In this document: positions 26,822 through 32,000 of the stretch, in pieces
Numbering within the stretch: position 1 is the first letter of the stretch
How the letters are laid out: each line of letters starts with the position of its first letter
Source: an uncultured Chloroflexia bacterium
GTDB taxonomy: Bacteria; Chloroflexota; Anaerolineae; Anaerolineales; Anaerolineaceae
Reading direction: 5' to 3'
NCBI GenBank assembly: GCA_963704755.1
Contig: OY969938.1
Span: 3,090,001-3,122,000, forward strand
Length of the DNA stretch: 32,000 bases
The notes under the pieces: model-generated
What the model saw: only the letters and a program-made list of their open reading frames with translations
What the model was told of the DNA's origin: nothing
The model's database searches: none
Program-made: the position numbers and the translations under genes

Positions 26822-27586
26822 TTATGACTTGATTGCCGGGCGGATCGAGCTGATTTCGGCGATGCGCTGCAAACGGTTCATCAAACCGGAACGCTCACAA
26901 AGAATGGATTGGACCGTTCCGGCAACTTTGGGGGTCCATTCCATGACTTTCTCTTGTTGGTATTTCTTCAGGACCGGGATCTTGCGGGCAGCCTCCTTGA
27001 GCTGGTCCAGGGGAATTGCGTGTTTTTCGGATAGCTTTTGCAAGTGCTCCTCTTCTTTTTCGGGGTCGGGCTCGCTGGTGTAGAACTGGCCGCCGATCAG
27101 CCAGGCGACCGGCTGGCCATCCGAGGTGATGAGGGAGCGTTTGTAGTTCAGCCCGGCGTGGCAGACCTGGATGGGCGGATCGCCATTCGGCACAACGGCA
27201 ACCTTGCGCCAGGTGGCCTGGCAGGCCCGCCGGCCTGATTCTGAGGCCAGCATCAATTTGCAAAAAGAATTGCAACAGGTAGGCTGGGTCAGCGGGTCGC
27301 CCTGGCGAGAAACCGTGACGGCGCCGATGCCGATGATCCCGGCGTAGATTTCTTGCACTTTCTCGACACAATCGGAGGGGAAATCGGTAAGGAAATCTTC
27401 TTCCGCCTCGCTGGCGTTTTTTTCTGGTTCTGCTCCCATCAAGCGATCGATCTCAGTTTGAGGGAAACGCCATTGATTGCCGATCTTGACGCCTTTCAAC
27501 CGGCCGTCATTCAGCATGCGATAGACCGTGATCCGGTCTATTTTGAGTAGGTCTTGAATTTGCTTGGTCGTGAGGAGTTCGCTCAT
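26822..27586 (-). CDS. transcriptional regulator: excisionase/MerR-type HTH fused to a PocR-like sensory domain
   Basis: 254 aa. The N-terminus LLTTKQIQDLLKIDRITVYRMLNDGRLKGVKIGNQWRF is a HTH_17-type motif. The C-terminal domain has PocR-like Cys patterns (CCNSFCKLM...RRAC...VCHAGL). First gene of the supercluster, 29 nt upstream of tusA. Confidence 0.7.
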   Translation of the reverse strand: MSELLTTKQIQDLLKIDRITVYRMLNDGRLKGVKIGNQWRFPQTEIDRLMGAEPEKNASEAEEDFLTDFPSDCVEKVQEIYAGIIGIGAVTVSRQGDPLTQPTCCNSFCKLMLASESGRRACQATWRKVAVVPNGDPPIQVCHAGLNYKRSLITSDGQPVAWLIGGQFYTSEPDPEKEEEHLQKLSEKHAIPLDQLKEAARKIPVLKKYQQEKVMEWTPKVAGTVQSILCERSGLMNRLQRIAEISSIRPAIKS

Positions 27587-27630
27587 AATGTAACTCTATG
27601 TTACTCGTTGCAATACGTTGTTATATTAGC

Positions 27631-27674
27631 ATTAATGTCTGTGACTCGGTTAGTGACAAATGTTTGTGACAAAT
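27631..27674 (-). promoter_or_regulatory. candidate promoter plus direct-repeat operator upstream of the regulator gene
   Basis: On the minus strand: TTGTCA (27659-27654), a 17-nt spacer, then ATTAAT (27636-27631), ~45 nt before ATG 27586. On the + strand, GTGACAAAT occurs twice (27653-27661 and 27666-27674) plus GTGACT at 27641, at 12-13-nt spacing. Confidence 0.35.
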
Positions 27675-27709
27675 ATTACATTCGTCATGATACGGGATGG
27701 AGGGATATA

Positions 27710-27771
27710 AATATTCCGGCAAGTATAAACGCCCCGGCTTTTGCCGGGGCGTTTATACTTGCCGGAATATT
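27710..27771. terminator. perfect 29-bp-stem palindrome (62 nt, TTTT loop)
   Basis: aatattccggcaagtataaacgccccggc-tttt-gccggggcgtttatacttgccggaatatt. Located 15 nt after the stop of the truncated AKR (27786, -), between that fragment and the regulator promoter region. Confidence 0.6.
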
Positions 27772-27785
27772 ATTTCAACATCCTT

Positions 27786-28325
27786 CTACGGCAAAGCCTC
27801 TCCACGGCCGGCCAGGAACAGGCGGTACCAGTCTTCGCGGCCCAGCTCGACCTGGTCACCCTGGCAGGCGGCGGCGATACGCTGCGGGCGGGTGGTGCCG
27901 ATGATGGGCTGCATGTGAGCCGGGTGGCGCAGGATCCAGGCGGTCAGGATGGCTTCGGCCGGCACACCATGGGCTTTGGCCAGTTGGGCGACCACCACAG
28001 AAGCCTGGGTGGCCCGTTCATCTGCTTCGCCATCGTCGCGGCCGGTCAGCCGGCCCCAGGCCAGCGAACCCCAGGTCTGCAAGGTGATGTTGTGCATGCG
28101 GCAATACTCGATGGTGCCTTCGTTGCGGGCCAGCAGGGGATTATCCTGGTTGAAGACGATACCCTCGTTGAGCATATGCAGGTTGAGCGGGTTGAATGCC
28201 ACCTGGTTGGCCACAATGGGCTGGTCGAGGGATTGGCGCAGCAGCTCCAGTTGGGCGGCGGTGTGGTTGCTGACCCCGAACCAGCGCACCTTGCCGGCCT
28301 GGTGGAGCTCATCGAAGGCGCGGGC
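27786..28325 (-). pseudogene. aldo/keto reductase, C-terminal ~180 aa only (5'-truncated)
   Basis: AFDELHQAGKVRWFGVSNHTAAQ...LQTWGSLAWGRLTG...PIIGTTRPQRI are AKR motifs from the middle to the end of the fold. The N-terminal catalytic part (DxxxxY) is missing. Similarity stops at ~28325, where transposase-like sequence begins. Confidence 0.7.
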
Positions 28326-28700
28326 TACTTTGACTATGATCCAGATACGAGCCAATACATTTCCCACGATACCAGTGAGAACGGTAATAAAAGCGCCCAC
28401 CATAATAATGCGTGTTTCAATTGTGCCGATTGCCCTCTCAAGCCTAATGCACTAAAGCCAAATGCAACCACAAGATCCGGATCGGTGTTAGCCTGCCGGA
28501 ATACTGTAAGTAGGCTTGCGTCGACCTGACCAGTGAGCAAGGCCAACGACTGCGAGTGGCATGCTCTACTAAAGTCGAGACGATCTTCGGTCATCTCAAG
28601 TACAACATGGGCTTTCGATGATTCCGCTTTAGCGGGTTTTTCAAGCTCTCAAGTGCCACTTATTTACCCTGTTCAGACAGCCCCACCTAACCGTCAAACA
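28326..28700 (+). mobile_element. degenerate C-terminal remnant of an IS1182-like (DDE_Tnp_1_6-type) transposase gene
   Basis: YFDYDPDTSQYISHD...CFNCADCPLKP matches FxYDxxxDxYxCP...CxxCPL. Further on, KVETIFGHLKYNMGFR*F matches VExxFGxxKxxxGFRRF. The reading is interrupted by stops and frame changes, and the region has lower GC. Confidence 0.5.
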
Positions 28701-28717
28701 GTCCATTTTAAACGCTG

Positions 28718-28744
28718 AGAGCTGAGACCGGCGGTCTCAGCTCT
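28718..28744 (+). terminator. short GC-rich hairpin followed by TTT
   Basis: agagctgagaccg-g-cggtctcagctct followed by ttt. Weak intrinsic-terminator candidate after the IS remnant. Confidence 0.35.
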
Positions 28745-28850
28745 TTGAGCGAAAGGAGGAGAAATTTACCAAGAACAGTTATATCTTACCCAGCTTTCGC
28801 CGGCTCTGCTTGACGAACAGCCTACGCACGCCCTCCGGTTCTCAGACGGC

Positions 28851-29549
28851 TTAAAGCGACTCGGCCAGACCTTTGAGTGAGGTGAAGTCGCCCATGCGGA
28901 TCTCGCTCTCGCGGGCCAGCTCGATGATATGGTGCATAATGGTGGCCGACACAGCCCGCACGTAGGTATGGTCCTCGAGGCTGCCGTGAAAAGTCAGCGG
29001 TTTGCCCACGGTGAGGTTATAGGGCCCGCGCAAATACCAGCGCCCGTACTCATCTTTGCCTTGGACTGTGGAGCGGACGGTATGGACCCGCTCACGGTTG
29101 AGGTGAATGCCCACCGGGATAATGGGAGCTCCACTGGCCAGGGACAGGCGCGCTGCACCGGTCCGCGGCTTGAGGAACCCGCCTTTTTCCGGGCTGAGGT
29201 CGCCTTCCGGGAAAATAATAACCGTACAGCCCTCAGCTAATCGTTTGAGGGCTTCATCCATGGCAGCCGCCCCACTGCCGGCCACCACCGGGATATGCCC
29301 CGAAAAACGCAAATAGGGTCCCAGCAACGGTACCTGGAACAACAAATTGTTGATCAGGATAAAGGATTGGTGCCCAACCATTGAGGCGACAAAAAAGGGA
29401 TCGGTTGTGCTGGGATGGTTGGCTGCGATGATTTTTGGCCCGGCCGGGATAATCATGTGACGGTAAACGTCCATCTGTAGCATGGTCCCCGTATAGGAAC
29501 GCACCACAGGTTTGGAAAACCAGTACATCAATTTTTCGGATAAAGGCAT
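28851..29549 (-). CDS. lysophospholipid / 1-acyl-sn-glycerol-3-phosphate acyltransferase (PlsC family)
   Basis: 232 aa with a GAAGGA RBS. HX4D motif NHPSTTDP and FPEGDLS motif. Confidence 0.8.
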   Translation of the reverse strand: MPLSEKLMYWFSKPVVRSYTGTMLQMDVYRHMIIPAGPKIIAANHPSTTDPFFVASMVGHQSFILINNLLFQVPLLGPYLRFSGHIPVVAGSGAAAMDEALKRLAEGCTVIIFPEGDLSPEKGGFLKPRTGAARLSLASGAPIIPVGIHLNRERVHTVRSTVQGKDEYGRWYLRGPYNLTVGKPLTFHGSLEDHTYVRAVSATIMHHIIELARESEIRMGDFTSLKGLAESL

Positions 29550-29802
29550 TGACCATTCCTTCGCGAAAATGCTGGCCGGGCGCTATACGACCCATACCAT
29601 AGCATGAGGATACTCCTCTGGTATGGGTTTGTACATCGGCATAAAGACATATTGTTGAGGTGGAGGGGGTATATCTTTTTCCGGGTAGAGGCTGCGATGG
29701 TCATATGACCCCGGTACGGCTTTTTCTGCACGCGATTATTAAACCCCTTCTGGACGTACCGCGATACGGATAAAACCCTTGCAAATATGCAAGGCATCGA
29801 AA

Positions 29803-29970
29803 GAATCCCCCCTTCCCCCCTTTCGGAAGGGGGGCAAGAAACACACCCCTTTGCGGCTGCGAAGAAGTACAGCTACACGGATGAACCGCTCCTCCCCCGG
29901 TTATTCCATGGAAATACCGGTTGGCCTGAAAATTCTTTTCCCCCTTTCACAAGGGGGGAAGGGGGGATTC
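29803..29970. repeat. MITE-like unit: perfect 18-bp terminal inverted repeats (gaatccccccttcccccc / ggggggaaggggggattc), 132 bp apart, each with a local C6/G6 hairpin
   Basis: 29803-29820 versus 29953-29970. Local hairpins are cccccctttcggaagggggg and ccccctttcacaagggggg. Confidence 0.7.
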
Positions 29971-29992
29971 CTTACGATTGTCTGTAAGGACC

Positions 29993-31309
29993 TTAACCCG
30001 GCAGAATGGGATAGGTCATGCCGCCCTGGGGGAACACCAGCACTTCTGCCTTTTGCGGAAAGCGCTGGCGGGCCATATCCAGCGAGGCTTGCAGGCTCTC
30101 CTTGAAGGTCACGAAGGGCAGGCGTTCGTGGATTTCGGTCGGGATGGTTGGGGCAAAAAGCAGCAATTGACCGCGCCGCATGGCCTGCAAGGCAAAGTAC
30201 AGGAAGAATTTATCCTCCTCACCCATACCGCTCAATTTCAACTTAGGTACCAGCGGCAATAAAATCGGGCTGAGAATTTTCAAGGCCGAACGCCCAACCG
30301 GCAGTTTCTTGTTCGCCAGGCCAAAGACGCCGACGCCTTCTTCGGCCCGGATGGTGGTGATCATCACCCCGCCCGGGCGCATGGCCCGGATAGTATTGGC
30401 CAGGGCCTTGACCCCCTGGCGCAGGTCCTGGTCCATGGGGAACGAGCCGGTGATCAGCACATCCACCATACGCGGGATGCGCACACCGTAGATCTCGGCC
30501 GAGACGGCCGCCCCGGTCCGGTGCGCCTCGATGGGATGGCCGGTCACGATCCGTACCACCTGCAGTGAGCTGTTGAGCACTGCATTGATGATGAAGACGG
30601 GTGGTTTCAGCATCCCGGCCGCTTCTTCCAGGTCCAGGCGCATCGGGTTTTTCTCGATGGGCTGGCCGACCATGTTAAAAGTATCCGGCCGGCAGTTGAG
30701 CGCGTGGTTGTGGGCAATCGTGGCCCGCCCGGCGACTCCGGGTACCAGGTTCTTATAGCCCCCGCCAAAGCTGGCGATAATGTGCGGCTCGATACAGCCG
30801 ACGGAGATAATCAGATCCGCCTGGCTGGTGGTTTTATTGATTAATACCGGCGTCCCGCGCGAGGTAGTCCCCAGGTTGGCCAGCCGCTCGGGTGAATCGC
30901 AGTCGTGGCTCTCCCAGCTCACCTGCGCCATCCACTCTGGGCCGATCCGCTCGGCGACTTCCTGCTCTTCCATGGCGCGGTGAACGCCCAGGGCCGGGAT
31001 CACCGTGACCTGCCGGGGGTTCACCCCGGCGCGCTGCAGCTCGGCGAAGACGGCTGGCAGGATTTTGGCCACCGGGGTCGGCCGGCTGCCGTCGTCGATG
31101 ACCAGCATGATTTTCATGCCCGGCCTGGCCAGTTCCGCCAGGCGCGGCGAGCCGATCGGGTCGGCCAGGCTGCGGGCAGCCTCTTCGCCGGCATCCGCCA
31201 CCCCCTGGAGCATAGAAGGGCCTAACACACCCGACAGGTTCCAATCCGGTGGCAGGCTAAACTCCAGGCTTTCATTTCCCCACGGTAATGAAATCACTTG
31301 CTCGGGCAT
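29993..31309 (-). CDS. LarA-family (lactate racemase N-terminal domain / DUF2088) protein
   Basis: The ORF track start is 31327. ATG 31309 (MPEQVISLPWG) has AAGGAG 6 nt upstream. Family motifs IDDGSRPTP, GVHR and CIEPHIIASFGGGYKNLVPG. Confidence 0.75.
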   Translation of the reverse strand: MPEQVISLPWGNESLEFSLPPDWNLSGVLGPSMLQGVADAGEEAARSLADPIGSPRLAELARPGMKIMLVIDDGSRPTPVAKILPAVFAELQRAGVNPRQVTVIPALGVHRAMEEQEVAERIGPEWMAQVSWESHDCDSPERLANLGTTSRGTPVLINKTTSQADLIISVGCIEPHIIASFGGGYKNLVPGVAGRATIAHNHALNCRPDTFNMVGQPIEKNPMRLDLEEAAGMLKPPVFIINAVLNSSLQVVRIVTGHPIEAHRTGAAVSAEIYGVRIPRMVDVLITGSFPMDQDLRQGVKALANTIRAMRPGGVMITTIRAEEGVGVFGLANKKLPVGRSALKILSPILLPLVPKLKLSGMGEEDKFFLYFALQAMRRGQLLLFAPTIPTEIHERLPFVTFKESLQASLDMARQRFPQKAEVLVFPQGGMTYPILPG

Positions 31310-31566
31310 GGCAACTCCTTCTGACAATTGGATTTAGGATTTATCCGAAAGTTATGAGTATGTTTTAATTGAACGGCTTTGCCGCACAATTGAAAATAAA
31401 CTCGCCATATTATTCGGACAATTTTTTAGGGTAATTTGGGGTAGGAGACAATGGAAGCGGGCTGGATCATCCCCGTGCCTTATTATAGCCTGAACAGCCC
31501 TGTAAACGCGGATAGCGCTTATGGCTCAGTTAAAAAGTCGCGGTTCCGGCAAAGATTTGCGCCCCT

Positions 31567-32000
31567 TCACTCGTCTTTGCGTAAAAATGCAATCGCCAGG
31601 CCTTTTTCGTCACTCATCACAATTTCCATGTGATGATTTGGGCGATAATCCGCAATCCTTACCAGGCGTAAACTCGAGAGCAGTTCCTTGGGGACGTCGA
31701 TCCACTCTTCCAGCCGGTTGGGCGAGTTATAGAACAGGTCCCGCTGGAAAATCGTCTTCTCGTCGCCCATGTAAATCGCCAGGGGGTAGATCTGCGATTC
31801 GAGTAGGTCCTGGAAGAAATGTGTGCCCAACGAGGGCTCGGGCGGCAGGCCAAAGCCCTGGCCGGCCATTTCCACCAGTGAGCGGGCGTGGTAGATATCT
31901 CCGTAATCGATCGGTACGCCTAAATCGGAATTGGAGCTACCCCAACGACCGGGGCCAATACAGACAAAATCTTCTTTTTCGAGAGCCGCGTTCAGCCGGC
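31567..32000 (-). CDS. C-terminal part of a larger protein, possibly PEP/pyruvate-binding (PEP synthase-like) domain family; 5' end outside window
   Basis: The frame is open from the window edge (…ALEKEDFVCIGPGRWGSSNSDLGVPIDYGDIYHARSLVEMAGQGFG…) to the stop at 31567. The ORF-track start at 31875 is only an internal GTG. The family call rests on remembered motif similarity alone. Confidence 0.4.
   Translation of the reverse strand, partial: RLNAALEKEDFVCIGPGRWGSSNSDLGVPIDYGDIYHARSLVEMAGQGFGLPPEPSLGTHFFQDLLESQIYPLAIYMGDEKTIFQRDLFYNSPNRLEEWIDVPKELLSSLRLVRIADYRPNHHMEIVMSDEKGLAIAFLRKDE

Overview
Gene-dense, high-GC bacterial chromosomal window with unusually hairpin- and palindrome-rich intergenic DNA; the taxon cannot be established from sequence alone. 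Contents from left to right are as follows. (i) 1-1089 (+): the end of a gluconokinase gene and a short-form 6-phosphogluconate dehydrogenase. (ii) 1369-3235 (+): a visibly AT-richer two-gene islet, an AAA/ABC-type ATPase translationally coupled to an RloB-family protein, bracketed by two cognate ~55-nt hairpin repeats. This is an AbiL/RloAB-type candidate anti-phage module. (iii) 3363-4346 (+): an aldo/keto reductase. (iv) 11952-4504 (-): an export operon with three tandem paralogous HlyD-type membrane-fusion proteins, a MacB-type ABC ATPase, an FtsX permease and a Gly-rich lipoprotein. (v) 27586-12551 (-): a ~15 kb co-directional supercluster. It runs HTH-PocR regulator, TusA, two DsrE-family proteins, a GcvH-like lipoate-binding protein (LbpA), an Isp-type [NiFe] hydrogenase in the diagnostic order hynS-isp1-isp2-hynL with its endopeptidase, a 97-bp x 3.5 tandem repeat, a second LbpA, three lipoate-protein-ligase paralogues and two radical-SAM (LipS1/LipS2-like) genes. 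(vi) 27786-32000: a 5'-truncated aldo/keto reductase abutting an IS1182-like transposase remnant, a PlsC-type acyltransferase, a LarA-family protein and the 3' end of a PEP/pyruvate-binding-domain-like gene. The most interesting signal is (v). The sulfur-carrier and lipoate toolkit known as the accessory set of sHdr-type sulfur oxidation is here physically joined to a hydrogenase, and its Isp2 (HdrD/DsrK-like) subunit is the only heterodisulfide-reductase-type catalyst in the cluster. Three genes in this cluster (hynS, lbpA2, the third ligase) carry 1-nt frameshifts, which could be decay or assembly error. No rRNA, tRNA or CRISPR array was recognised.
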